A stretch of DNA of 63,997 nucleotides, the filler included, from Candidatus Woesearchaeota archaeon (lineage in GTDB: Archaea; Nanobdellota; Nanobdellia; Woesearchaeales; B72-G16), in the NCBI GenBank assembly GCA_003650545.1. It is 21 parts of 21 records of this genome, joined end to end, with 100 filler letters (N's around TTAATTAATTAA, not from the genome) between each part and the next. Parts side by side here need not be neighbours in the genome. Positions count along the whole stretch, not along the records: positions 47,357 to 50,128 come from QMQO01000121.1; positions 50,229 to 52,953 come from QMQO01000122.1; positions 53,054 to 55,778 come from QMQO01000123.1; positions 55,879 to 58,586 come from QMQO01000124.1; positions 58,687 to 61,382 come from QMQO01000125.1; 16 more parts are not named here. One strand, 5' to 3'. Positions within the stretch are counted from its first letter, which is position 1; each line of letters starts with the position of its first letter. Below the pieces are notes generated by a model. The model was given only the letters and a program-made list of their open reading frames with translations. It ran no database searches and was not told the DNA's origin. A program made the translations under genes and the position numbers. Below, piece by piece: positions 49,400-59,732 of this stretch.

Positions 49400-50128
49400 A
49401 TGAAGTATTATAAGCTTGATAAAATATTCGTAGCAAATACGGACTATAGAGCTGAGGACGACAAATTATATGTTATAACCAAGATAGGGACTGATCTATC
49501 AGATGTAAAACCAGCGGTAGCCGGTCAAAAAATAGGTGCACTTTCAAGCGACTTCGCACCACTACATAAGACTTCTAGCAACTTGTTAGGCCCATTTGAT
49601 CTCAAGGACTTATACATAGTGGTACCCCCGAGAAAGATACTGAGATTTGAATCAAGCTCTAGCGGTAAGGTAAGGGCGATTGGTAAGATTATCGAGTTAG
49701 CCCCCGGCGAAGGAATACCAAACGATCTCATGGCGAGATACGAGGCCCACGGCAAAAACTACTATACATATAGCATGGGGACTAAAAGCCTCGACACAGA
49801 TGAAGCATTAACCGCTGATCAAGAAGTAGAAGTATTAAGTCTTAAACCAACGACAATTGAGAAATTCGTGTTTGACAATATTTTAATGCTAGCAATAAGC
49901 GGCGGATCATTCAACGAGGGCGATCTAGCTCTTAGAATCTATGTTGATGATAAACCACTCGACATACTCGAAAGTGCAATGGGTAAGAAAGGAATTGACG
50001 CCTTAAGCATTCCATACCCGCCCGCCGACACAAAAGAAGAAATACCATTCACACTTAACGATATGCCGATCGAGATCCCCGGCGATCACACCATTACGTT
50101 CAAAGTAGTGAATACAAGCGGCGGATCA
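49400..50128 (+). CDS. Beta-rich hypothetical protein, possibly virion structural (truncated)
   Basis: Long ORF following the candidate capsid gene. Confidence 0.4.
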
Positions 50129-50228
50129 NNNNNNNNNNNNNNNNNNNNNNNNNNNNNNNNNNNNNNNNNNNNTTAATTAATTAANNNNNNNNNNNNNNNN
50201 NNNNNNNNNNNNNNNNNNNNNNNNNNNN

Positions 50229-50865
50229 GCATTAATGCTAATTTAATCGCGATATCCATTGATACTACTGAAGACTTGTGCCATAGTGGATCCTCGGGCA
50301 TTAATATTATACCATCAGATCGTAGGCTTATTGGCAAATAACCATGCACCATAATGGATGTACTCACAAATCCGCTTCCTCCTGTAGTCGATATTCCAGT
50401 TGAAACTGTCCTATTGTTTAGTTCATCGATTATTGGAAGGCTCTTATAAGCATATCTCTGGAGAGTCTCTACTATTTTTCTTAAATCTAATTTGAATACA
50501 TGACATAAATCTTTCCCAGCTCCATTCTTCAGCGGGAGCCTCAAGAACAAATATATAACTGCCCTTCCAGCATCAACAGCAACAATGGGTAAACCACTAG
50601 AATCCCTTTCAACCACTATTATCCGGCGACCAAGATACTCCATTAACCCCTCAATCTCCTTTCCATTAAGAAACACCAGTAATACTGTCACCCCCTTATC
50701 TCGATTCTTAGGAGAGAGCCCAGCTAAATATTGATACAAAGCTGCATTTCTCTGTAACCGAGTACTTGTAATAAAGGTACTCATCCAAACGGGCAAGCTC
50801 CTTGTACGAAGCCACCCCAGTAATTCATGAAGCCCTAATGTTTCACGCTCTGACAATCGAATCAC
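50229..50865 (-). CDS. Hypothetical protein (truncated)
   Basis: Long ORF immediately downstream of the coiled-coil gene. Confidence 0.5.
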
Positions 50866-50868
50866 CTC

Positions 50869-51300
50869 TTAAAAACCATCAAATAAACCCCCTTTACGTT
50901 CAGCCCCCCTAACGGCTAAGATAACTAAATTCTGTACATTATCAACGCTTTTCCTTATGTCATCAATCTCCCTTCTCAATTCCTCAGTAAATTTCTCCAT
51001 GTCAGTCTTCGTTTCCTCAAACACTTCAGAAACCTTACTTATGAGCCCCTCAACCCGCTCTATTAACTCATTTACTCTTTCAAAACCAGTAATGATCTCC
51101 GAAATCTGCTCATTCAAACCATTTAACTTGTCAATCACATTACGCATTGCCTCAATAACTTGCGATAATTGCTGCTTAAAATCTAAAACAACTTCGCTTA
51201 AGCTCTGCTGTAAAACCACCACCTTCTCCAAAAATTGCATGGTTTGCTTATTTTGAAATTCTAAAATTTGGAGCAATTCGGATGTTTTCAAAGCACACAC
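50869..51300 (-). CDS. Coiled-coil protein
   Basis: Heptad pattern over about 120 aa. Confidence 0.6.
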   Translation of the reverse strand: MCALKTSELLQILEFQNKQTMQFLEKVVVLQQSLSEVVLDFKQQLSQVIEAMRNVIDKLNGLNEQISEIITGFERVNELIERVEGLISKVSEVFEETKTDMEKFTEELRREIDDIRKSVDNVQNLVILAVRGAERKGGLFDGF

Positions 51301-51458
51301 CCCGCTACTTACCTAATCTATATACTGTGTATGAAAGAGTATTTAATTTTTACTCTTTATGAGTAAAAAAGGTCTCTTTATAATTCAACTAATTTGAGTT
51401 TTTACTCAACAAGAAAACATTTAAATGAGATCAAAAATTATTAATTAAGAAGACAGCA

Positions 51459-52454
51459 TTGGGTGTTTCTCAAATGAATATAAATGAGAATGAGTTAACT
51501 GAATGGATCGAGGCGGGACGCTACGTCTCTCGAATATTTGGACATGAAAGACGAATTAAAACGCTGTATGCACTGTATTTTAATACCCCTATAGTAAGTC
51601 CCAGCATTATAAGTCGTGAAAGTTACGAACTCCAGAGACATGGATTATTAATGCGTACCAAGACGAGGAAATGGGAATTTACAGAATTTGGTAAATGGGT
51701 TATCGTCACAATAGCGAAAATTGGTGAAGAATTATTAAACACTTATGGAATAGATTCGCTTAAGACCACTAGAACTATAGAGGAAGAGAAAATTAGCTTA
51801 GAACACGAAGATCCAGATTTCTTCATTAAAGTGAGAGTAGGCTTAGGATTCCTCTTAGGCATCTTTTGGCGAGACCCTCGGTTAGTGCGTTACTCAACAT
51901 TATTGGCTATAAAATTTGCAACAAATTCAGACGGAGTAATTAGAGAGGAATTAGAAGAATTCATAATAGAGAGGTTAGAGATCCCCGTATCAAAAATTTA
52001 TATCACACGGGCAATAGAGCGCTTACGAACATGTTCTCAAGACGAATATGAAAAAAATGTAGAATATATTCTTAGATGGGCAGACATGAATTATAAAGAA
52101 CTGGATAAAGTAAAGTACGGATTAATCCTAGTACACTTAAAACCAGATACAAAAAAGGGTATAGCATATAAGTTAACAGAACTAGGAGAACGAACTCTTG
52201 AACTAATCATAAATATCTACAGAGAACGAAAAAAGAGAGAACCAATGCCTACGCTAGAAATCCCAATAAAAACAAATACCACTAAACTTGAAGACTTAGA
52301 TGAAATGGCATGGGAAATAGTAGAATACATAGAGAACTTAGAACTCACGAAACTATACGAGATATCAGCAAAAATAAGAACTCTAAACCCGCTCCAAATC
52401 TCGGAACTATTAATTAAAATATACAACAAGATCAAGGAAAAATTAGAAGAATAA
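51459..52454 (+). CDS. Protein with two winged-helix-like motifs (plasmid/virus regulator or Rep-like)
   Basis: GLL...WEFTEFGK and GLI...YKLTELGE wing motifs. Confidence 0.5.
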   Translation: MGVSQMNINENELTEWIEAGRYVSRIFGHERRIKTLYALYFNTPIVSPSIISRESYELQRHGLLMRTKTRKWEFTEFGKWVIVTIAKIGEELLNTYGIDSLKTTRTIEEEKISLEHEDPDFFIKVRVGLGFLLGIFWRDPRLVRYSTLLAIKFATNSDGVIREELEEFIIERLEIPVSKIYITRAIERLRTCSQDEYEKNVEYILRWADMNYKELDKVKYGLILVHLKPDTKKGIAYKLTELGERTLELIINIYRERKKREPMPTLEIPIKTNTTKLEDLDEMAWEIVEYIENLELTKLYEISAKIRTLNPLQISELLIKIYNKIKEKLEE

Positions 52455-52458
52455 GTCT

Positions 52459-52953
52459 ATGGAGGAGGAGCTCATGACTCCGAATGAAGAAATAAGAATC
52501 ATCGCGTATATAAGCAGGGAGCCAGACGATCCTGAAAATAAATTCTACATACCCCAATTAGAAAATGAAGAACAATTACTAGTGATAAGATTCGAAGTAG
52601 AGAAAGGCGTACCAAGTGATAAAAAAATTATAGCAAAGATAGATATCGACAGAATAAATTTTTGCTACACAACTTTGAGTGGGAAAAAACAAACTTATTC
52701 ACTCTTAGAAATATTCAATAAGGTCTACATAACTTCAAAAAACTTATACGAAGGCACTGAAATAGAAAAATGGTACTCACTTAACATAGCTGAAAATGCG
52801 ACTAATCCATTATTAATATTCAGAGGCATTAAGCCAATCAAAGACCTGTCAAAGAAACTTCTAAGTGATTTGAGAACCCAGAAAGAAAAAAGAATTATCG
52901 GTGAAATAATCTTCCCAGAACTGGAAATAGAGAGAAAAGAACCTATGATAGGC
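52459..52953 (+). CDS. Hypothetical protein (truncated)
   Basis: Open to the contig end; tightly spaced after the upstream gene. Confidence 0.5.
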
Positions 52954-53053
52954 NNNNNNNNNNNNNNNNNNNNNNNNNNNNNNNNNNNNNNNNNNNNTTA
53001 ATTAATTAANNNNNNNNNNNNNNNNNNNNNNNNNNNNNNNNNNNNNNNNNNNN

Positions 53054-53838
53054 ACTATGAAGAAGCTAAAATATACCATCGGAAGTACGACAAGGGGGTC
53101 TGGAAGCTCTACTTCAAGGTCTGGCTGAGTCTCTATGGTAGGGTCGCTAGGGATAACCCATTCGAAACAGTGGATGCAGTAATGGCTAACTCGAAGTATA
53201 TTGCTAGGTTGATAAAGATGCTTTGGAAGGGGGATGCCTTAGTTCTCAATCCACCTGTTAAGGTTAAGGACTTCGAGCCCTACGGTAATAAACCCTTCGA
53301 GGAGAGGGATGACGCTGTAGTTATGGTCGGCAGGATATCGCCGGAGAAGAGGGTTGAGGTAGTTATTGATGCCTTAGTTCTCACCGACACAAAGCCAACG
53401 CTGAAAGTGATTGGCGGACTTATCCCTACAACCATGCTATATAAGGAATCATTAGAGAAGCGAGCTAAGGAGAAGGGTGTTAAGGTGGAGTTCTATCCCA
53501 ACGTGTCTAGGGAGGATTTGGTGAAGAGGGTGGCCTCATCTAAGGTGTTTGTACATGCTACGGTTGGGGAGCACTTCGGGATAGCGGTTGTCGAGGGGAT
53601 GGCTGCAGGTTGTCCGGTAATCGTTCATAGGAGCGGAGGACCTTATGAAGACATAACCGATTATGGGAAACATGGTCTAGCGTTTGAAAATAAAGAGGAG
53701 TTAGCAGAATTCATCGACAGGCTCATTACACAGAGAAAAACCTGGGAACATTACCATAAACTATCCCTTCAAAGAGCACCCATGTTTAGCGAGGAGGGGT
53801 TCTCCAGAAAACTTCTAGACATTATAGAGCATACATAA
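53054..53838 (+). CDS. GT4 glycosyltransferase (Alg11-like), 5' truncated
   Basis: ANSKY, VGRISPEKR, EHFGIAVVEGMAAG, SGGP. Confidence 0.9.
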
Positions 53839-53888
53839 GAATTTGTTAAAGAAGCCGACTTTTCTCCAAAGAAAACTTTAATGAGAGC

Positions 53889-54995
53889 TTAGGGTTTAAA
53901 GTCTTCGATTCTGTGGAATATTCTGCTGAATTCATTTTTATGCCTCAGGTATATAAGGGGTACTAAGGGCAACATGTATATGCTATATAGCTTGAATTTG
54001 AGAGAACTGAAAACTGCATGCCAAATGCTTCTACACTTGATCAATCGTAACCTCGATATGTATAAAGACGATATAGTTGCATAGAGCATGGTAAAGGCCA
54101 ATCCCAACGGCCAGCTTACAGGGTTAGTAAGCATCACTAATCCTAAGACCAGCGCAAGTATCTTAGTGACGTGAAACAGCATTCTTAAACCGCTTCTACT
54201 TGCTAAGAAAGTATACATCGTTTTAAACAGACTACCCCTATAGAAGGTGAATGTTGTGGCAAACGCCTTTTTATATAACCCACGAAGATAATCTCTAACA
54301 CTCATACGAGCATATATGTCACCTCTCTTAGGCAGGTTTACGTCGTATGCTAGGTCGATATTGGCACTGACCAAGAAAATTTTGTATCCTTTCCTCCAGA
54401 CGTTATATCCATAAAATTTATCTTCCGCAAACGTCATATCTTCATCAAATTTAACACAACGTGCGACTTCTGCATGTATTAGGGTCAAACCCATTGCACA
54501 CCAAGGAATAGCGTTAACTTTGACATCTAGCTTATCATCGCTCACATCCGACTCTATAATGCTATTGGCAAATCGTTTAAGCTCTTCTAGATTTTTAAAC
54601 ATTCTAGCTGGTCCGCTTGCACTAATTACACAAGGTCCATATTTTCTCTCGTATCCTATTAGCCTGGTTAGTATCTGCTTGTCCTTTATAACCATATCAG
54701 AGTCCACGAAGAATATATAGTCAACATTTTTCTCAAGTGCTCTAGTCATATACTCGTTTCTTCCTTCCGGTATATTGCAAGGCTTAACTACGATTTTATA
54801 TCTCAATCCATAATAGTTGAGTATTCTCCTCGCTATATCCACGGTATTATCGTTGCTACCGCCGTCGACTATTATAACGGTCAACTTGTCCTTAGGATAC
54901 TTGAGCAGAGCAATACTTTGAAGCACATATTCAATTGTTGTACAAGCATTTTTACAAGTTAAACATACAGCAACTAACGGTTTACTATCGATCAT
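53889..54995 (-). CDS. GT2 glycosyltransferase with C-terminal TMs
   Basis: VDGGSNDNT, FVDSD, AED. Confidence 0.88.
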   Translation of the reverse strand: MIDSKPLVAVCLTCKNACTTIEYVLQSIALLKYPKDKLTVIIVDGGSNDNTVDIARRILNYYGLRYKIVVKPCNIPEGRNEYMTRALEKNVDYIFFVDSDMVIKDKQILTRLIGYERKYGPCVISASGPARMFKNLEELKRFANSIIESDVSDDKLDVKVNAIPWCAMGLTLIHAEVARCVKFDEDMTFAEDKFYGYNVWRKGYKIFLVSANIDLAYDVNLPKRGDIYARMSVRDYLRGLYKKAFATTFTFYRGSLFKTMYTFLASRSGLRMLFHVTKILALVLGLVMLTNPVSWPLGLAFTMLYATISSLYISRLRLIKCRSIWHAVFSSLKFKLYSIYMLPLVPLIYLRHKNEFSRIFHRIEDFKP

Positions 54996-55163
54996 CCTTT
55001 AATCAACTCCCGATTCTTTTGTTTGAATACGTAAGGTTTTAGGAAGCTCTCGTCTCTACCCGCTATCACAATAATCACCCTCAAGTACAGCTTCTAACTA
55101 GTCATATGCATAATCGTCTATAATTATTTAAAAATTTTTATTAAAAACTCCTTTAAGATGTCG

Positions 55164-55499
55164 CTACCATCTTATTTTCATAAATCTGCAACCGACGTTT
55201 CTAGCGCCTAACTCGTCGTTGAATCTATCCCCTATGAACAATACTCTAGCAGGTTGCGTTCCTAGACAAGCTATCACATGTCTCAGTTGTTCTGCTCTGT
55301 CGAGGCTGTATTCTCTTGTTACGATTATCTTGAACTTTATCTTGAGTAAAGGAAGTATCTGGTTTACGACTTCGGGGCCTTGCATCGTTACGAGAGCCTT
55401 GTCGACGGTTCTTAAAGGTACGACCCGGTCTAGGAGCTTGAAAAGCTCACCAACCACCTTGACCGCCTCATCCATGCTCTCCGAGGTAGTCGAAAACAA
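55164..55499 (-). CDS. HAD-like hydrolase, C-terminal part (5' end looks disrupted)
   Basis: LFIGDRFNDELGARNVG motif IV; no DxD motif I in frame. Confidence 0.55.
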   Translation of the reverse strand: MFSTTSESMDEAVKVVGELFKLLDRVVPLRTVDKALVTMQGPEVVNQILPLLKIKFKIIVTREYSLDRAEQLRHVIACLGTQPARVLFIGDRFNDELGARNVGCRFMKIRW

Positions 55500-55565
55500 G
55501 CCATACCTCTGAACACTTTTTCTAGCTCCTATATACTAATAATGACGGGAAGGCAGAGATTCAAC

Positions 55566-55778
55566 CTAAATGGTTATCCCGAAGGCTTTAGCAAACCTCT
55601 CCACCTTAGCGAACTCCTTCAAGAACTCCACCCCTCGATTTGTTATCCCGTATAGTGTTCTATCGCCGTCTTTAGCCTCTTCGACTAGTCCAAGTTCCAT
55701 GAGCCGGGTAAGATGCCTCATAAGCCTGTCGTAGGATAGGTTCGCGCAGTAGAGTATCCGGGTGGGGCCGACCCTTCC
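55566..55778 (-). CDS. Archaeal winged-helix regulator (5' truncated); not in the ORF track
   Basis: PTRILYCANLSYDRLMRHLTRLMELGLV...YGITNRGVEFL. Confidence 0.8.
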   Translation of the reverse strand, partial: GRVGPTRILYCANLSYDRLMRHLTRLMELGLVEEAKDGDRTLYGITNRGVEFLKEFAKVERFAKAFGITI

Positions 55779-55878
55779 NNNNNNNNNNNNNNNNNNNNNN
55801 NNNNNNNNNNNNNNNNNNNNNNTTAATTAATTAANNNNNNNNNNNNNNNNNNNNNNNNNNNNNNNNNNNNNNNNNNNN

Positions 55879-56284
55879 CGTTAGACTCAGTCGTGGGTGT
55901 GAACCTAGAAGTGAGATGTATGGCGAACAGTTTGATCGCTTCATCCCTCTCTGGTACGAAGTCTTGTGGTTCTGCGCGCTTTATCTCCTCTTCGATTTGA
56001 CTGAAGATTTCGTGCAGTGCTTGAGGGACTCGTTCTTTGTTAAAACGCTTAACACAATACTGAGCGTAGTTCGATTGGATCCACGTGACGTCTCCTAACT
56101 TTTGGTACACATGAGCGACTTTGTCGACGGAACCAACGCGACGAAGCGTTTGCAAGATTTCTTCTTTGCGCTTCAGAAAAGCGTCACGGAACGTAACAAA
56201 AACCCCCAACCCAATTCCGCGGGGACACACAAATGAGGTGATCCTGGGGTTGACGTTCTTTGGCGCAACTACAATTCCTTTCAT
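55879..56284 (-). CDS. Phage hypothetical protein (truncated)
   Basis: GGAG RBS; codirectional cluster. Confidence 0.5.
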
Positions 56285-56315
56285 GTCTCCATTTTTTACG
56301 CGATGGTCCGGGAAG

Positions 56316-56543
56316 TCAAGTTTCCTCGTCCGCCAACGCTTTCAAAATTTCCGCGTAGTGTATTATTTTGTCCATGTCTTTCTTTGAGATTGGGCGCCCG
56401 AGTTGCGAGCGGTTACGAAAAGCGTACTTAATGATGTTACCGATACAAAAATCCCGAAGCATACCCCCGCTTCGCATCAGATCAATCGGTTCGACCCCAT
56501 CCACCTTATAGTGCTCAGAACCCTTCTGCTTTAGGTGCTCCAT
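56316..56543 (-). CDS. DUF3310 phage protein
   Basis: HY..G.EPID......FCIGNIIKYA.R......D..K...Y; GAGGAGG RBS. Confidence 0.85.
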   Translation of the reverse strand: MEHLKQKGSEHYKVDGVEPIDLMRSGGMLRDFCIGNIIKYAFRNRSQLGRPISKKDMDKIIHYAEILKALADEET

Positions 56544-56985
56544 CTTTACCCTCCTCTTGTGCTGTGTGATCAATGCAAATTCTGCGCGCACCGCAATTGG
56601 GGCAGACTATAGCAGGTGGGTGAGGTGCTCCCTTCCACCCGCACGACAAACACTTTTGCATGTGGAGACCTCCCTCAGGGTGAACCCAACCGCGGTCAGC
56701 CTTAAACTGGAGATACTCACCACAGTGTACGCACCTCCTTTGCTTCGGTACTTCAATGGGGTGTTCCACCGGTACTACCTCGAGAATCTCTCCTTCGCCG
56801 AGCCATTCCCAAAACTTTTCTTTTGTCATCCAAACGTAAAAGGACTGTTCCCCTTTTTTCCTGATGCACACTTCGACTTTCTCTCCGTCTTTGGTTGTGT
56901 TGAGGAGACAAAAGGTAGAGTATTCGTTATCTGACGTCCACTTCAGGTAGGTGACTCTGGGGCGTATTTTCAGCGTTTCACTCAT
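56515..56985 (-). CDS. Zn-ribbon protein
   Basis: CVHCG, CLSCG, CPNCG. Confidence 0.6.
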   Translation of the reverse strand: MSETLKIRPRVTYLKWTSDNEYSTFCLLNTTKDGEKVEVCIRKKGEQSFYVWMTKEKFWEWLGEGEILEVVPVEHPIEVPKQRRCVHCGEYLQFKADRGWVHPEGGLHMQKCLSCGWKGAPHPPAIVCPNCGARRICIDHTAQEEGKDGAPKAEGF

Positions 56986-57950
56986 CTCTCACGAAGGCGC
57001 TCCCTTATGTGTTGCTCGATCCACCTGTAGGTTCTCTCAATCCCCACCTTTAGAGGTGTGGAGGGCGCCCAACCCAGGACTTGCTTGATTTTGGTGTTGT
57101 CAGAGTTCCTCCCTCTGACCCCTTGTGGTTTCGAGAGGTCGTATTTTAGCCTGAGTTTTTTCCCCGAGATCTCGATAATCATTTTTGCGAGGTCTTCGAT
57201 CGTGACTAACTCGTCCGACCCGATGTTCAGTGGTTGGTCGTAGTCCGAGTTCATGAGCCTCCAAATCCCTTCCACACAGTCATCGATGTAACAGAAGGAA
57301 CGCGTTTGCTTTCCGTCTCCCCAAATCTCAATCTCGTCGCCGTCCCTCGCTAGCGCCACTTTTCTACACAAAGCCGCAGGTGCCTTCTCCCTACCACCCT
57401 CGTAGACTCCGTAGGGACCGTAAATGTTGTGGAACCTCGCCACGCGCACATCCAAGCCTTTGTCCCTTTTATAGGCTTCACACAATTTCTCTGTGAAGAG
57501 CTTTTCCCACCCGTAAAATTGATCGGGCTGTGCAGGTATTGCGTCTTCTTCCTTCAACGCGGTGACATTGGGATCAAGTTGTTTGTACTCCGGATAAACA
57601 CACGCGGAGGACGAAAAGAAAAAGCGTTTAACACCGTTTCGAGTGGAGGCTTCCAGCATGTTGATGTTGATGAGCGCGTTGTTCTTCATTATGTCCGCAC
57701 CCACTTGGGTGATGTATCCGATTCCACCCATGTCGGCGGCCAACTGAAAAACCCAGTCGACACCTTTGGTGAGCGCATCACAAACCTCGAACTCACGTAA
57801 GTCACCTGTGATTTTCTCGTGACAGAAGGGTTCTGGGATAAAGCCGTCCCACTTGATGTCAACCGCAATCACATAGAGACCCTTTTTGTACAGGAACTTT
57901 GCGAGGTGACCTCCGATAAAACCGCCCGCACCGCAAACTAAAACCTTCAT
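56982..57950 (-). CDS. GDP-mannose 3,5-epimerase-like extended SDR
   Basis: GAGGFIG, LAADMGGIGYI, SSACVYP, YGWEK, RFHNIYGP, GGREKAPAALCRK, PQGVRGRNSDN. Confidence 0.9.
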   Translation of the reverse strand: MKVLVCGAGGFIGGHLAKFLYKKGLYVIAVDIKWDGFIPEPFCHEKITGDLREFEVCDALTKGVDWVFQLAADMGGIGYITQVGADIMKNNALININMLEASTRNGVKRFFFSSSACVYPEYKQLDPNVTALKEEDAIPAQPDQFYGWEKLFTEKLCEAYKRDKGLDVRVARFHNIYGPYGVYEGGREKAPAALCRKVALARDGDEIEIWGDGKQTRSFCYIDDCVEGIWRLMNSDYDQPLNIGSDELVTIEDLAKMIIEISGKKLRLKYDLSKPQGVRGRNSDNTKIKQVLGWAPSTPLKVGIERTYRWIEQHIRERLRER

Positions 57951-57963
57951 GTGCGCACCTCCT

Positions 57964-58134
57964 TTACGCTGTCGCCTCGTACTGGTCTTCGAGAATCTCT
58001 ACTTCCAGTCGAACCTTTGCGATTGGTTTCCCGTCAAACTCTCTGACCAAGACGTACTTGTCCTCTTCCTCGTCGTCCTCCTTTAGGGTATAACCCTCAG
58101 CGACAACAAAACAAAGAACGCTTTCGACCTTCAT
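57964..58134 (-). CDS. 56-aa acidic hypothetical protein; not in the ORF track
   Basis: MKVESVLCFVVAEGYTLKEDDEEEDKYVLVR...; fills the gap exactly and overlaps the upstream stop. Confidence 0.55.
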   Translation of the reverse strand: MKVESVLCFVVAEGYTLKEDDEEEDKYVLVREFDGKPIAKVRLEVEILEDQYEATA

Positions 58135-58586
58135 CATAAGGTCTCCTTTTGGTCTGCTATTTGAGGTGGGTCGTAAAGGAAGGCGTGATGAACGATGCGA
58201 TCATCGTCTGTGATTTGCAGTACACAGCCTCCAATATCAGGTTGCATTCGGCCGTACAAACGAAGGTAAACTTTGTTGGGTACCCACGCGCACCAACAAG
58301 GTACATGGAGCATGTATTGTTTGTTTTGTTCCATGTACAAATAAAAGTGTCTGTGCGCTTTCACAATCACATGTATAGGTGGAATTTTTCCTGTTCCAAT
58401 TGCGGCGTTCACAAACAGATTCTCTCTATCGAGGGACGTTGCGCGGTAGATGACCCCGCCACCCGTTCCGTGGAGAATGAGGAAAACCTTCTGTGAGGGC
58501 TTAAACTGACACACAGATACCAACCCCTTCCACTCGCCTGCCAAAAGTTGTACGACCATATGGTCCGTGCTTATTCCCCCGGGTAA
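58134..58586 (-). CDS. Metallophosphoesterase-like phage protein, C-terminal part
   Basis: ILHG and VKAHRH motifs. Confidence 0.5.
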   Translation of the reverse strand, partial: LPGGISTDHMVVQLLAGEWKGLVSVCQFKPSQKVFLILHGTGGGVIYRATSLDRENLFVNAAIGTGKIPPIHVIVKAHRHFYLYMEQNKQYMLHVPCWCAWVPNKVYLRLYGRMQPDIGGCVLQITDDDRIVHHAFLYDPPQIADQKETL

Positions 58587-58732
58587 NNNNNNNNNNNNNN
58601 NNNNNNNNNNNNNNNNNNNNNNNNNNNNNNTTAATTAATTAANNNNNNNNNNNNNNNNNNNNNNNNNNNNNNNNNNNNNNNNNNNNAAAGATAAAATAAG
58701 GCAGATAACGTAGTTTAGAATAGGTGGGATAA

Positions 58733-59077
58733 ATGAGCGTTAGGGTTTGGTCTCCGGAAATTAAAATAACGGTTTACCCGGCAGTTGTAAGGGTTGTTTC
58801 AGTAGATATTAGTGCTGATAGAACGTCTATTATGGCTGGGGAATCAGTTAACTTCACAGTAACCGCTAATTTCGAGAAGCCATTGCCTTGGAATGGTGTT
58901 GTTGAAATAGGTGTTGCAGTATTCGACGAAGCCGGAAACACTATTGCAGATAAGGGGGAGCCTATTGAGGTTTCAGCCGGAGCCACAAGTGCTAAAGCAA
59001 ATATTTCACTGGTTTTCAACAATCCTAACGGCTTCACCGTGAAAGGTTGGGCTTCGGAAACCGTTTCTCCAAAGTAA
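58733..59077 (+). CDS. Ig-like beta-sandwich protein
   Basis: ISADRTSIMAGESVNFTVTA pattern. Confidence 0.55.
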   Translation: MSVRVWSPEIKITVYPAVVRVVSVDISADRTSIMAGESVNFTVTANFEKPLPWNGVVEIGVAVFDEAGNTIADKGEPIEVSAGATSAKANISLVFNNPNGFTVKGWASETVSPK

Positions 59078-59086
59078 AAAAAGAGT

Positions 59087-59446
59087 TTATTTTTTCTCTT
59101 TTAACTTCTTAGCTGCATAAACTATTGCTGCACCTGAAGCAACCGTTCCAATAACTAACGCTAGCGTTTTAGGTTCGACAACACTTATTTCAGCAAGTGT
59201 TTTCAGAACATGTTCTCCCTCGTCAAGCATAGTTGTTATAACATATCTTCCATCACTTGAAGTGTAAACCTCCCCTTTAGGCTCCCCGTTAACGTAAAGA
59301 GTTACTTTAGCACCGGCCACCGGTGATCCATCAAGGGTTACCTCGCCGGTTACCTGAAAAGGTGTTTTGGCATATACTTTATCCGGTACCTTGATTGTTA
59401 TCTTGTAGGGCACGGTTTTCACCCTGCGATTATACTCTGCACCCAT
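59087..59446 (-). CDS. Ig-like protein with a C-terminal TM anchor and basic tail
   Basis: PVAGAKVTLYVNG...TSSDGRY; LALVIGTVASGAAIVYAAKKLKEKK. Confidence 0.65.
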   Translation of the reverse strand: MGAEYNRRVKTVPYKITIKVPDKVYAKTPFQVTGEVTLDGSPVAGAKVTLYVNGEPKGEVYTSSDGRYVITTMLDEGEHVLKTLAEISVVEPKTLALVIGTVASGAAIVYAAKKLKEKK

Positions 59447-59511
59447 AGTTTAAATTGTTTTCCAGAGTAAAAAACTTAAACTTGCATTGCAAATTTTTAA
59501 GCGGTGGAAAA

Positions 59512-59715
59512 ATGAAGTGGAACTTTAGAAACCTACTTGCAATATTCATGCAGTCAGCTATACTGCTGTTCTGGAGCCTCCAAGGAATTGGGTTATTGCA
59601 GAATGTGCCCGGGGAAATAAATGGTGCGTTAATATCTGCTTTCACGTTAATAACGCAATTCTACTTTAGAAAGAAGCCTAGTGCCGAAGCACCTGAGAAT
59701 TCGCAAGGAAAATAA
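59512..59715 (+). CDS. Small two-TM protein (holin-like)
   Basis: MKWNFRNLLAIF...AFTLITQFYFRKK. Confidence 0.5.
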   Translation: MKWNFRNLLAIFMQSAILLFWSLQGIGLLQNVPGEINGALISAFTLITQFYFRKKPSAEAPENSQGK

Positions 59716-59732
59716 AAAGTGAAAAATATTTT

